From positions 1-35,259 of the forward strand of contig JAYNIA010000025.1 in the NCBI GenBank assembly GCA_038108555.1: a DNA stretch of 35,259 nt, given 5' to 3'. The position numbers were made by a program, and so were the translations under genes. Of this stretch, positions 1 to 9,993 are shown in pieces (positions within the stretch are counted from its first letter, which is position 1; every line of letters starts with the position of its first letter). Source of the stretch: Nitrospinota bacterium. Lineage in GTDB: Bacteria; Nitrospinota; Nitrospinia; Nitrospinales; VA-1. The notes beneath the pieces were generated by a model. The model made no database searches, was not told the DNA's origin, and saw nothing but the letters and a program-made list of their open reading frames with translations.

Positions 1-791
1 CCTGATTTAATCGTTTCGTAGAAAGGACGAACGACTTTGTCTGCATTGAATTCAAAATCCAGGTCAATGGTTTGGCCCGCTGAGATTTTGATTTTACGGG
101 TGTGATTTTTCATCAAATAATGCCAGGCAGTCAGTTTGTATTCTCCGGGAGGGATATTTTCGATTTTAAAGTTGCCATCATTTTCTGTTTTAAAATAATA
201 AGGGTTTTGAACCCGATAGCCCCAGGTTTGCATGAATTCATGCATTCCGCAGATCATTTGCATGATTTTATAATTTTTCTTGAAAGTAACCTTTCCTTCA
301 GAAACTTCCTCAGCAGGGATGGGAATGTTTAAAAGAATTTTCCCTCTTTCTTTTTGGTAAACTTGGCTGTTATGCATGACCGCATCTACATTATCTACTT
401 TGAAGGTTTCCCCCTGGCGAATCAGGTTGACATCGGGGAAAAACTTGCAGTTCTCTGCCAATATGTTGATGGGCTCTTTGTTAAAAGGTTTCCCCGCTTC
501 GACATGTTCCAATGCAATTACAACGTCTTTCAATCCACCATCGGGAGAGATTTTAAAATCGTTGAGAACCCGGTTCATCTCATCATCAGTGTCCACTTCG
601 GCACACATATCGATATTTGGGAAAAGGATGAGATGGTAAATTCGGGGATAGGGCATTTTTCCTGTTAAAACCGCTTTTCCCTGGATAGTCCCTCCATTGG
701 TCACTTCCATCTCCTGATAAGCCCAGCCCGAAGAGAATGCAAATGAAGAAATTGAAATTATTAATGTTGCAATGGAAAGTATTTTTTTCAT
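1..791 (-). CDS. Secreted cupredoxin-like / carboxypeptidase-regulatory-like domain protein (3' end outside window)
   Basis: Not in the ORF track; translated by hand from ATG at 791. Signal peptide MKKILSIATLIISISSFAFSSGWA, then YQEMEVTNGGTIQGKAVLTG...NVDAVMHNSQ...CGMHEFMQTWGYRVQNPYYFKTENDGNFKIENIPPGEYKLTAWH. Open to position 1 and collinear with the C-terminal half of 23885..25243. Confidence 0.85.
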   Translation of the reverse strand, partial: MKKILSIATLIISISSFAFSSGWAYQEMEVTNGGTIQGKAVLTGKMPYPRIYHLILFPNIDMCAEVDTDDEMNRVLNDFKISPDGGLKDVVIALEHVEAGKPFNKEPINILAENCKFFPDVNLIRQGETFKVDNVDAVMHNSQVYQKERGKILLNIPIPAEEVSEGKVTFKKNYKIMQMICGMHEFMQTWGYRVQNPYYFKTENDGNFKIENIPPGEYKLTAWHYLMKNHTRKIKISAGQTIDLDFEFNADKVVRPFYETIKS

Positions 792-1253
792 TTCTTAGGG
801 CCTCAATTATCGATTGCGTTGGAGTGGAAATTGAACAACAAAGCTTAATTGACTATTTGTTTGTGCGATTTAGTTTGGAAATTTGCTTGTTGAATATCCT
901 TATTGGCACATAACCCCTTGTTATTCAAGGAGTTTATGCGGTGAATTTTAGAGAAAGGTCTTGTGGGAAATATGACAACCAGCTTGTTGACCCCATCGAA
1001 CTTTCGTATAAAACCCATTGGATTAAAAGGGTTATTCCTTTTTTTATTATAATTTAAAGGCCAAGTCAAGGGTGAGTTTGAAGTCCATTTTCGCTTGTTT
1101 TTGCCTTAAAATTACAACTTTTTCCTCAAAAACTTGTAGGAAATGAAATCTCTTTAAAAAAAATTACCTATGATTTAAAATAAACACTTAGGTATTAAAC
1201 TGTTGAGGATAAGACCCTTTTGCGATAAAAATTATTCCCTTTTTAGACCAGTG

Positions 1254-1739
1254 ATGAAAAAAATACTAGCCCTTATATTTATTTTAGGATTAATTGCAGA
1301 AACCGCTTTTGCGGGGGTTCCAAAGCCTGGTGATAAGGCCCCCGATTTTTCCCTAAATACTCTGGATGGCAAACAGGTTTCTCTTTCGGATATGAGGGGA
1401 AAGGTGGTTCTAATTGGGATGTTCCATATTTGTGTCCCCTGTATGAATCAGGCCATGGAATTCAATAAAGTCAGGGAACAGATTAGTGAAGATCAACTGG
1501 CCATAATTGGGATCAATACCAATGGAGACTCCAAGGAAGCGGTTGCAAAATACCTATCCAAATTTCCCGAAAAGGTTCACTTCCCATATTTGATTGACCC
1601 GGTAAAATCTTTTTATCAGGACTATTTACAACGGGAGATGCCCACGGTTTTAATTATAGATAAAGAAGGAATTCTAAATGCAAGAGCTCCGGGTGTTGAT
1701 GCGGAGCAGCTAATTCCGTACCTGAAAAAAATGCTTTAA
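1254..1739 (+). CDS. Exported thioredoxin-fold redoxin (TlpA/peroxiredoxin-like)
   Basis: Signal peptide from MKKILALIF (ATG 1254 preferred over 1203), PGDKAPDFSL, CVPC motif, MPTVLIIDKEG cis-Pro region. Confidence 0.85.
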   Translation: MKKILALIFILGLIAETAFAGVPKPGDKAPDFSLNTLDGKQVSLSDMRGKVVLIGMFHICVPCMNQAMEFNKVREQISEDQLAIIGINTNGDSKEAVAKYLSKFPEKVHFPYLIDPVKSFYQDYLQREMPTVLIIDKEGILNARAPGVDAEQLIPYLKKML

Positions 1740-1787
1740 TTTATCATTCAGCAGGTAACTCCCTTCGATCCTTAAATTGGAGTTTTC

Positions 1788-2492
1788 ATGACTCCCGTCC
1801 TCGTCCATTCAAAAACTACAAAATTCATTGGGTTGATTCTAATGGCGTGGTTGTGCTGTGCAAAAGTGGTTTATGGGGCAGATGCTCACAAAAACTACGG
1901 ATGGTTGGTGCAGATGGGTTCATTTAAGAAAGAAGAGAATGCAAAACAATATATCAAAAAAATTAAAAAGAAAGGATACACTCCTTTTATAGAATCTGAC
2001 CCCGAATCCAAATGGTATAAAATCCGTATCGGGCCTTACCCGTCCAAGGAGGAGGCAAGCCAGGTTGTTTTAGATTTAAAAAAAGCACAGGGAATTAAAG
2101 CAATTGTTCTAGCTTCGGAAAAAATGCCCCCTCAATTGGAAGAACCTGTAGATTCTGTTGATGTCGTAGTGTCGCAGTTTTTAATTTGGTTGAATGCCTG
2201 GAAATCTCAGGAAATAAATTCTTACCTTTCCTTTTATTCAAAAGATTTTAAAGATTCCAAAAGGTCCCGCCAAGACTGGGAAAAACAGCGCCGGAAAATG
2301 TTGAGTAAAAGCTCAAATATATCAATTGAGGTCAGTGATATAAAAATTCACCGGGGCGACGATGCGGTAGAGATGTCTTTTATCCAAAATTATAAATCCA
2401 ATTTAATTTCTGATGTAGGTAAGAAAGTGCTTGTTTGGAAGAATGAAAGCAATGGTTGGAAAATTATAAGGGAATCCTGGGAGTCTTCTTAA
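1788..2492 (+). CDS. SPOR-domain protein with C-terminal NTF2-like (Csd6 C-terminal-like) domain
   Basis: Signal/TM segment; SPOR signature WLVQMGSF...WYKIRIGPY; C-terminal WLNAWKSQEINSYLSFYSKDF...FIQNYKS...WKIIRE. Confidence 0.8.
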   Translation: MTPVLVHSKTTKFIGLILMAWLCCAKVVYGADAHKNYGWLVQMGSFKKEENAKQYIKKIKKKGYTPFIESDPESKWYKIRIGPYPSKEEASQVVLDLKKAQGIKAIVLASEKMPPQLEEPVDSVDVVVSQFLIWLNAWKSQEINSYLSFYSKDFKDSKRSRQDWEKQRRKMLSKSSNISIEVSDIKIHRGDDAVEMSFIQNYKSNLISDVGKKVLVWKNESNGWKIIRESWESS

Positions 2493-3641
2493 ATGCTGTC
2501 TGAGGAGGTTTCGCAGGAGGAAACGCAAATAGATCGACCCCGTTTAACATTGGTGATTTATAAGATGTCCGGTGGAGGGGCTCAAAGAATCCTATCTATA
2601 TTGGCAAATTACTTTGCTGAAAAAAATTGGATTATTACCTTAATAACCTTTGATGATGGCCGCCAGCCCTCGTTCTATAAGCTTCATACTTCTATTACTT
2701 GTCGACCTCTTTCCATTATGAGAGATCAGCGGGGGTTAGTAAAAACCCTAATCATGCATTTGTTGCGCCCTTTTGTATTGCGAAAAGCAATTCGAGAAAG
2801 TAAACCAGATGTGGTGATTGCTTTCATTGATTTGACCAATATTCTCACTTTAGTTTCTACGATAGGTTTAAAAATACCTGTGATTATTTCGGAAAGAGTA
2901 AACCCTGCGTATCATTCCATAGGTTTTTTCTGGTCTACTTTGAGAATGTGGGTTTACCGATGGGCATCTTGTTTGGTAGTACAAACTCGGGATGCAATGT
3001 CAGGGTTTTCATCTTCAATTCAAAAGATTTCTTGCATAATCCCCAATCCGGTAATTCCTGTAAATGAAACTGAGGGGAAGTGTGTGTCAAAGGAAGAACA
3101 TAAAATAATCATGGCTATGGGAAGACTTTGCAGGCAAAAAGGTTTTGACATGCTCTTGAAAGCATTTTCCCGGTTGGAAAAACAATTCCCAAAATGGCAT
3201 TTGTATATTTGGGGGGAGGGTGAAGAAAAAGAAAGTTTGTTAAAGATGCGTGATGATTTAGGGCTTAATGAACGGGTTTTTTTAAGGGGAATGGTAAACG
3301 ATCACCACGGCGTTATGATGCAGGCTGATATATTTGTATTGTCATCTCGATATGAAGGTTTTCCAAATGTTTTGGGGGAGGCAATGGCATGTGGGCGTCC
3401 AGTGGTTAGTTTCGACTGTCCGAGTGGGCCGGGGGAAATGATTGTTGATGGGGTAAATGGTTTGTTGATTCGAAATTTGAATGATAAAGACCTTGCAGAA
3501 GGTATCCAACGTTTAATGGAAGATGAACTGTGGGCAAAAAAATTGGGGATTGAAGCACAAAAAATAACAGATACCTTTTCAATGGATAGGGTAATGAATA
3601 TTTGGGAAAAGAAAATTTTAGAAATAATTAAGAATGGATGA
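2493..3641 (+). CDS. Glycosyltransferase family 4 (GT-B)
   Basis: GGGAQR N-terminal motif, GRLCRQKGFD, SSRYEGFPNVLGEAMACG (EX7E). Confidence 0.92.
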   Translation: MLSEEVSQEETQIDRPRLTLVIYKMSGGGAQRILSILANYFAEKNWIITLITFDDGRQPSFYKLHTSITCRPLSIMRDQRGLVKTLIMHLLRPFVLRKAIRESKPDVVIAFIDLTNILTLVSTIGLKIPVIISERVNPAYHSIGFFWSTLRMWVYRWASCLVVQTRDAMSGFSSSIQKISCIIPNPVIPVNETEGKCVSKEEHKIIMAMGRLCRQKGFDMLLKAFSRLEKQFPKWHLYIWGEGEEKESLLKMRDDLGLNERVFLRGMVNDHHGVMMQADIFVLSSRYEGFPNVLGEAMACGRPVVSFDCPSGPGEMIVDGVNGLLIRNLNDKDLAEGIQRLMEDELWAKKLGIEAQKITDTFSMDRVMNIWEKKILEIIKNG

Positions 3642-4458
3642 AAAAAGTACATCACCTGAAGTTCGATTTGAGTTTGGCGAAAACTGGAACCGATTTTTAT
3701 CTGTTTTAGATGAATCCAGTATTTTGGAAGCAGAGGATTCATTAAAGAAAGCATTAAATATTTCTTCGTTGAAGGGGAAAAGCTTTCTTGATGCTGGTTC
3801 CGGAAGCGGTCTGTTTTCTTTGGCCGCATATCGATTGGGAGCGGATCGCGTTCATTCTTTTGATTATGATCCGCAAAGTGTAGCCTGTACCCGGGAATTG
3901 AAGCGAAGATTTTTTCCCAACGCTGAAAACTGGAGTATCGAACAAGGTAGCCTCCTGGATAAGGAATACCTGGATCAGCTTCCCAATTTTGATGTGGTTT
4001 ATTCCTGGGGAGTGCTTCATCATACAGGGGATATGTGGAGAGCAATGGAAAACCTGGTACCCAAAATTGAAAAAAATGGGTCCATTTACATTTCTATTTA
4101 TAATGATCAAGGCTTAAAAAGCCAACTTTGGAAAAAAATCAAGCGTTTATACAATGTCTTTCCTCCTCCTTTACGAATCTTGATTTTGGTTCCAGTAATA
4201 ATAAAACGTTGGGTGCCTTTATTTATTTGGGATCTTTGCAAGGGAACACCCTTTAAAAGATGGATAGATTATGGCAAGAACCGTCGCGGAATGTCGGCAT
4301 GGCATGATCTCATCGATTGGGTAGGGGGGTACCCTTTTGAAGTAGCAAGGCCTGAGGAAATTTTTGAATTTTTTTATCACAGAGATTTTAACCTTTCATC
4401 ATTGGCAACTATGTCGGGCGGTCACGGTTGCAACCAGTTCGTATTCCGTAAAAAGTGA
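3634..4458 (+). CDS. Class I SAM-dependent methyltransferase
   Basis: FLDAGSGSG motif I, FDVVYSWGVLHHTG; overlaps the GT4 stop by 8 bp. Confidence 0.9.
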   Translation: MDEKSTSPEVRFEFGENWNRFLSVLDESSILEAEDSLKKALNISSLKGKSFLDAGSGSGLFSLAAYRLGADRVHSFDYDPQSVACTRELKRRFFPNAENWSIEQGSLLDKEYLDQLPNFDVVYSWGVLHHTGDMWRAMENLVPKIEKNGSIYISIYNDQGLKSQLWKKIKRLYNVFPPPLRILILVPVIIKRWVPLFIWDLCKGTPFKRWIDYGKNRRGMSAWHDLIDWVGGYPFEVARPEEIFEFFYHRDFNLSSLATMSGGHGCNQFVFRKK

Positions 4459-4507
4459 TCCAAGCTCCACTCTTCTACTTTTCAATTCTTTCAGGAATTC
4501 TCATTAA

Positions 4508-6418
4508 ATGTGCGGTATTTCCGGATTTTTCCTAACTGACCCCATAAAATTTAATCCTCATAAAATTTTACAGAATATGGGGAATTCGTTAAACCACAGA
4601 GGGCCGGATGATTCGGGGATCTGGTTTGATGAGCAAGATGGTCTAGGGTTGGCACACCAGCGCCTGGCGGTTATTGATCTTTCGAAAGAGGGGCATCAAC
4701 CGATGCATTCCGCAGATGGAAGGTTTGTAATTGCCTTTAACGGTGAAATTTATAACTTCCCTGAAATAAAAAAGGAATTGGAAACCCAGGGGGTTGATTC
4801 CTGGCGTGGACATTCGGATACGGAGGTTCTGTTGGCTGCAATCTTACAGTGGGGGTTGGAAAATGCCTTGTTTCGTTTCAGGGGTATGTTCGCTTTTGCC
4901 CTCTGGGATAAACATGAAAAAACTCTTAGTCTTGTTAGAGATCGAGTCGGGATTAAACCTTTATATTACGGATGGGTGGGACAAACTTTTTTATTTGCTT
5001 CCGAGCTAAAAGCGCTAAAAAAATATCCATCTTTTACTGCGGAAATTGACAGAGGAGCCCTTTCCCTTTTCATGAGGCTGGGTTATATCCCGGCACCTTA
5101 TTCAATTTATAAGAATATTTATAAGTTACACCCGGGACAAATACTTAACGTAAATTCAAAGGGCGAGAAGTTTCATGAATATTGGTCGTTTAAAAGAACC
5201 GCGGAAGAGGGGGTAGAAAATTTATTTTCAGGTTCTAAAGAAGATGCTGTTCAGAAACTGGAAACGGTTTTAAATGAATCCATAAAACTGCGAATGGTTT
5301 CAGATGTTTCTTTGGGAGCCTTCCTTTCGGGAGGGATAGATTCATCAACCATAGTGGCATTAATGCAAAACCAAAGTGAAAAGCCTGTCAAAACCTTTTC
5401 CATTGGTTTTCATGAAGATGAGTTCAATGAAGCGCCATTTGCAAAAAATATCGCAGAGCATTTAGGGACAGATCATTCCGAACTCTATGTCACTTCAAGT
5501 GATGCTCTTGCAGTTGTTCCCCGCTTGCCAGTTCTATATGATGAGCCGTTTGCTGATCCTTCCCAGATTCCCACTTTTTTGCTTTCAAGCCTCACAAGAA
5601 AGGAAGTTACTGTTTGTCTTTCAGGGGATGGGGGTGATGAACTTTTTTGTGGCTATAACCGGTATTTCGTTTGGCAAAAGATATGGAATAAAATTCAAAT
5701 GATTCCATTTCCGCTTAGAAATTTATTTTTTAAATTTTCTCATGGATTTTTAAAAAGCCAATCTGAAATTTTAGGTTTAAGTGGTATGAATGTTTTGGCG
5801 GATAAAATAAAGAGGGCAGGTTATTTTTTAAAAAGCCAATCTCCAGAGGAGATTTATCTTCAGGGACTATCCCACTGGAAAGATCCGGTTTCCATTGTGC
5901 AAAGCTGCAAAGAGCCAAAAACCCCACTGACCGACTTTTCTGAATGGGGAGAGTTTGATGACCCTAAATTAAGAATGATGTGTGTGGATAGCTTCACCTA
6001 TTTGCCTGATGATATTTTAACAAAGGTAGATCGCGCGAGTATGGGGGTAGGTTTGGAAGTTCGAGTTCCCCTGCTGGATCACAAAGTCATCGAGTTTGGA
6101 TGGAGTCTTCCAATTGAATATAAAATTCATGGAAACGAACCTAAGTGGATTTTAAAACAATTGCTCAGTAAATATGTCCCGGAAAATTTATTTGATCGTC
6201 CCAAAATGGGATTTGGTGTTCCCATTGATTCCTGGCTGAGAGGACCTCTTAAAAAGTGGTCCGAAGATTTATTGAATGAATCCGATATTGGAAGGGAAGG
6301 TTATCTAAATGCCGGTCTGGTAACACGGACATGGAAGGAGCATTTATCGAAAAAATATAATTGGCAATACCTCCTTTGGAATGTTTTGACATTCCAGGCT
6401 TGGCTTAGAAACAATTAA
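4508..6418 (+). CDS. asnB: Asparagine synthase (glutamine-hydrolysing)-family amidotransferase, probably glycan-modifying
   Basis: MCGI Ntn nucleophile, HRGPD, FNGEIYN, LSGGIDS, SGDGGDE; embedded among glycosyltransferase genes. Confidence 0.92.
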   Translation: MCGISGFFLTDPIKFNPHKILQNMGNSLNHRGPDDSGIWFDEQDGLGLAHQRLAVIDLSKEGHQPMHSADGRFVIAFNGEIYNFPEIKKELETQGVDSWRGHSDTEVLLAAILQWGLENALFRFRGMFAFALWDKHEKTLSLVRDRVGIKPLYYGWVGQTFLFASELKALKKYPSFTAEIDRGALSLFMRLGYIPAPYSIYKNIYKLHPGQILNVNSKGEKFHEYWSFKRTAEEGVENLFSGSKEDAVQKLETVLNESIKLRMVSDVSLGAFLSGGIDSSTIVALMQNQSEKPVKTFSIGFHEDEFNEAPFAKNIAEHLGTDHSELYVTSSDALAVVPRLPVLYDEPFADPSQIPTFLLSSLTRKEVTVCLSGDGGDELFCGYNRYFVWQKIWNKIQMIPFPLRNLFFKFSHGFLKSQSEILGLSGMNVLADKIKRAGYFLKSQSPEEIYLQGLSHWKDPVSIVQSCKEPKTPLTDFSEWGEFDDPKLRMMCVDSFTYLPDDILTKVDRASMGVGLEVRVPLLDHKVIEFGWSLPIEYKIHGNEPKWILKQLLSKYVPENLFDRPKMGFGVPIDSWLRGPLKKWSEDLLNESDIGREGYLNAGLVTRTWKEHLSKKYNWQYLLWNVLTFQAWLRNN

Positions 6419-6449
6419 GGAAATCCTGAAACATAAAAGGATAAACTTC

Positions 6450-7790
6450 TTGGAAATATTTGAGCGTTTTAAAAACTGGTTGGGGATTGATCGTGGAATC
6501 ACCTACGCAATTTTGTCAAAAATATGGTCTCTATTTTCCGGCCCGATCACTTTATTTCTAATTTCCTTTTTTCTAACCCCAGAAGTACAAGGATTTTATT
6601 ATACATTTCTTAGTCTGCTTGCTCTTCAATCTTTCATAGAGCTTGGGTTTTATATTGTCATCACTCAATTCGCGAGTCATGAGTGGGCCAAACTAAAGTT
6701 GGATTTTCAGGGAAAAATTTCCGGTGACGAGAAATCTTTATCCCGATTGATTAGTTTGGGGCGGTTAGTTTTTAAATGGTATTTGGGTGCCTCTGTTTTA
6801 TTTGTAATAGCTGTTGGCTCTATAGGTTATTTTTTCCTGTCGCAAAAATCTGTACCCGGGTTCGAATGGGAAATTCCCTGGTTGGTATTGGTTGTTGTTG
6901 CAGGGTTCCAATTATGGGTGATGCCTTTTTTATCCTTATTGGAAGGGTGTGGTCAGATAGAGACCGTATATTTATTTCGGTTGATCCAGACTATTGTCAG
7001 CTCTTCTTTTGCATGGGTGGTGATGGCATTAGGAGGAGGACTCTGGTTGGCACCTGCATCTTCAATAGCAGCTTTAATTACCTGCCTGTACCTATTGTTG
7101 ATCCGATATAGAAAGTTTTTTGAACCATTTTTTAAACAAAGTATTTCTTCTGTAATTCATTGGAAAGCTGAAATTTGGCCTATGCAATATAGGTTGGCGA
7201 TTGCCGGGTTATTAAATTATTTTATCTTTTCAATATATACCCCTGTTTTGTTTCATTATCATGGCCCAGTTGAAGCGGGTAAGATGGGAATGACTTGGAC
7301 TATTATGATGACTCTTTCCGCTTTGGCAATGGCTTGGGTTTCAACGAAGGTGCCTCGTTTTGGCGTTTTAATCGCCCAAAAAAATTATGAGGAGCTCGAT
7401 AACCTATTTTTTCGTACTTCTGTAGCTTCTCTTTTTGTGATCGGTTTGGGAGCAGTTGTCCTGTGGCTTATAATATATGGATTAAATTTTTTTGAATATT
7501 CATTGGCAAATCGGTTGTTAGCTCCGTTTCCATCATTTCTGTTTCTTGTTGGGATGTTTCTGGGACAAGTTTCACAATGCCAGTCAGCCTATCTGCGTGC
7601 GCATAAAAAGGAACCATTTTTAGTTTTAAATATTGTTTATAGTTTTGTGAATGGCGCGCTGGTTTGGTGGTTAGGAATGCAATGGGGCGCTTTGGGAGTC
7701 GCTATTGGATATTTGACCGCAATGAGCTTGGTATGTATTCCAATGGGAACAGTTATCTGGATTCGATGCCGGGATGAATGGCATCAATAA
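6450..7790 (+). CDS. Polysaccharide flippase-like (Wzx/MOP superfamily) membrane protein
   Basis: About 12 hydrophobic segments; N-terminal LTPEVQGFYYTF...ELGF pattern typical of Wzx; glycan-cluster context. Confidence 0.75.
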   Translation: MEIFERFKNWLGIDRGITYAILSKIWSLFSGPITLFLISFFLTPEVQGFYYTFLSLLALQSFIELGFYIVITQFASHEWAKLKLDFQGKISGDEKSLSRLISLGRLVFKWYLGASVLFVIAVGSIGYFFLSQKSVPGFEWEIPWLVLVVVAGFQLWVMPFLSLLEGCGQIETVYLFRLIQTIVSSSFAWVVMALGGGLWLAPASSIAALITCLYLLLIRYRKFFEPFFKQSISSVIHWKAEIWPMQYRLAIAGLLNYFIFSIYTPVLFHYHGPVEAGKMGMTWTIMMTLSALAMAWVSTKVPRFGVLIAQKNYEELDNLFFRTSVASLFVIGLGAVVLWLIIYGLNFFEYSLANRLLAPFPSFLFLVGMFLGQVSQCQSAYLRAHKKEPFLVLNIVYSFVNGALVWWLGMQWGALGVAIGYLTAMSLVCIPMGTVIWIRCRDEWHQ

Positions 7791-7808
7791 AATTAAAAGG
7801 AATTAGAA

Positions 7809-8846
7809 GTGGGTCTTCCTACCTTTTCAGTGCTTTTGGCAAATTATAATCAAGAGTCCTATTTGCTTAAAGCCGTGGAAAATATTTTAAAACAATCATT
7901 ACGTCCTGATGAAATTATAATTGTCGACGATTGCTCTACAGATAATAGTGTTGAAACAATTCAAAAAATATTAAAGGAAGAACCCTGGATCAAGTTTATA
8001 CAGAATGAGAAAAACCTTGGTACAGTACAAACCTTCAACAGGCTTATAAATGCGGCCACGTGTGATTATTTTCACGCTATTGGTCCTGACGACAAAATTC
8101 TTCCTGGCTTTTACGAAAAATCCCTTGATCTGCTTGGTCAATACCCTCAATCTGGTTTGTGTTCCAGCATTGTACAGTGCCAGGATATTCATGGAAAAAA
8201 CCTTCAATTGATTCCGGGACCTCCAGATATGCCGGAGAAAGAATGTTTTCTGACCCCAGAGCAATTTCTGGATATGTATAACAAAAAAGGATCCTGGTAT
8301 TGCGGTACTTCGGCAATTTGGAGGCGGGAACCCTATTTAGAGTTTGGAGCCCATTCTCCTCAAACATTGGGTTCATTGCTGGATACGGTAAAGTTTTTCC
8401 AGTTAGCAATAAAATACGGGGTATGTTTTATCCCTGAAGTTTTGCATACATGGACTTTGACGTCTACGGGATTTTCTGCTGGTGCGCGTTTAAATCCGGA
8501 TTTGGCATTAAACCTAATTGAAAAGGCCGAAGAAGTTATGGCTAGCCAAAAATGGGGAGTTTTTCCCACCACCTTTATTAAAGAATTTAAAAGACGGGGT
8601 CTGGTTTCTGTTGCGAACATTTCGCTGCAAAAATGTCATTTCGAAACAATGCAGGCGTTAGAATACAACGAAAAAAATCGCCCTGGAATTTCCTGGTGGG
8701 ACAGGTTATTTCTTTCCCTGCTTAAGAGCTTTTATAAGATCCAATACTTTTTTACGATGTTGCATTTTAATTTTAATCTGCCTCGAATTTTTGAAAAATG
8801 GAAGTGGAAAATATTTAATTCCAAGAATAGTTTGAAGAATAAATGA
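7809..8846 (+). CDS. Glycosyltransferase family 2 (GT-A)
   Basis: SVLLANYN, IIVDDCSTD, NEKNLG, GPDD in the DxD position. Confidence 0.9.
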   Translation: MGLPTFSVLLANYNQESYLLKAVENILKQSLRPDEIIIVDDCSTDNSVETIQKILKEEPWIKFIQNEKNLGTVQTFNRLINAATCDYFHAIGPDDKILPGFYEKSLDLLGQYPQSGLCSSIVQCQDIHGKNLQLIPGPPDMPEKECFLTPEQFLDMYNKKGSWYCGTSAIWRREPYLEFGAHSPQTLGSLLDTVKFFQLAIKYGVCFIPEVLHTWTLTSTGFSAGARLNPDLALNLIEKAEEVMASQKWGVFPTTFIKEFKRRGLVSVANISLQKCHFETMQALEYNEKNRPGISWWDRLFLSLLKSFYKIQYFFTMLHFNFNLPRIFEKWKWKIFNSKNSLKNK

Positions 8847-8862
8847 ACCTGCATGCTAAGAT

Positions 8863-9990
8863 TTGAAGAAAATATCTCTAAAAATATCTACCCTGTTTGC
8901 ATCCATATTTTTTCTTAATTCCTCTTTGTGGGCTTTTGATGCCGACTTTGAAGGTCGGTTTCTGGCAGGAAGTTCTTATGTTTTTGAATCTCCCTCTGGA
9001 TTTAAGGATTTCGATAGTGAGGTGGAAATTAGACTAGGGGTTCTTGGTAATGCCTGGAGTGGTGAAGAATGGCAGTTGGACTATGAGATTTCCGCCGATG
9101 CCAATCAGGGGGATGGCCCAAGTGTTCAGGCAGGCCTTCGAGACGAAACCAAGATCGATTTTTTCCGCGCATGGCTCCGATTAGATAAGGGTGATTTCAA
9201 AATTCGAGGCGGGCGTCAAAAAATTCTTTTTGGCGCAGGGGCTATCTACCGACCTTTGGGTTTTTTCGATACCCGGGATGTAACGGGTGTTTTTCCCCAG
9301 ACCCGGGGTGCCGATGGCATTCGCACCACCTGGTTTCCTTCATCATCATCCCTGTTGGAGGGCTGGGTCATGCCTGCTAAAAAGGAGGGTGCCTTTCTGG
9401 TTGGTTTGCGAGGAGAGGCCCTGGTGGGAGAGATCGAGGCAGGGTGGGTGGTACAGTATCATCCTCGAACCGATCTGGATGATTTGGTGGATTTTGACCA
9501 GGAAATGTTTCAGCTTGGCTATCATTTCAAGGGGGAGAAAGAAGTTGGATTTTGGAATGAAAGCCGGTTGGATATTGAGATGCAATCCTCCCTCCGTTTT
9601 GATACCGTTTTAGGTATGGACTATACATTCGATTTAGGCGAGGGACTTCATACCCTTCTGGAATATTTTGTTACCACGCGACAGAAAGGTTTTACTCTTA
9701 CCGACCCCAAAGGACAAAGAACCATTCACCAAATCGGATTTTCAATGGACCAACCACTGGGAATTGATATCCGGTGGCAGATTTTTAGCCTCTTCGATTT
9801 GACAGATAAAAGCTTTCAGATGATCCCGCAAATTGAATATTCGATCACGGAGTCCTGGTTTCTTTATTTAACAGGGAGAGCGGGAGGAAATATTAAAACC
9901 GGCAAAAAGGATGGAAGGTTGAATAGAAGATCAAACACCTTTACAGGAACAGAATCCACAGTAGGTCTCACACTCGTTGGTTTTTTTTAA
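8863..9990 (+). CDS. Exported protein, probable outer-membrane beta-barrel
   Basis: Signal peptide (..SLWA), alternating amphipathic strands, GRQKILFG motif, C-terminal Phe. Confidence 0.6.
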   Translation: MKKISLKISTLFASIFFLNSSLWAFDADFEGRFLAGSSYVFESPSGFKDFDSEVEIRLGVLGNAWSGEEWQLDYEISADANQGDGPSVQAGLRDETKIDFFRAWLRLDKGDFKIRGGRQKILFGAGAIYRPLGFFDTRDVTGVFPQTRGADGIRTTWFPSSSSLLEGWVMPAKKEGAFLVGLRGEALVGEIEAGWVVQYHPRTDLDDLVDFDQEMFQLGYHFKGEKEVGFWNESRLDIEMQSSLRFDTVLGMDYTFDLGEGLHTLLEYFVTTRQKGFTLTDPKGQRTIHQIGFSMDQPLGIDIRWQIFSLFDLTDKSFQMIPQIEYSITESWFLYLTGRAGGNIKTGKKDGRLNRRSNTFTGTESTVGLTLVGFF

Positions 9991-9993
9991 TTT

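Noticed and set aside
102..668. Plus-strand ORFs 102..332, 354..668 and 376..639
   Set aside because: They are antisense shadows of the minus-strand gene starting at 791, which has a signal peptide and a paralogue in the window.
845..1069. 74-aa minus-strand ORF
   Set aside because: TTG start, no motif, and it lies in an AT-rich regulatory region.
3302..4045. 247-aa minus-strand ORF and other short overlapping ORFs in the track
   Set aside because: They lie antisense to or out of frame within well-supported genes and have no recognisable motifs.
4508..6418. AsnB as a lasso-peptide cyclase
   Set aside because: It has an intact glutaminase domain with N-terminal Cys, no precursor or B protein nearby, and a glycan-cluster context.
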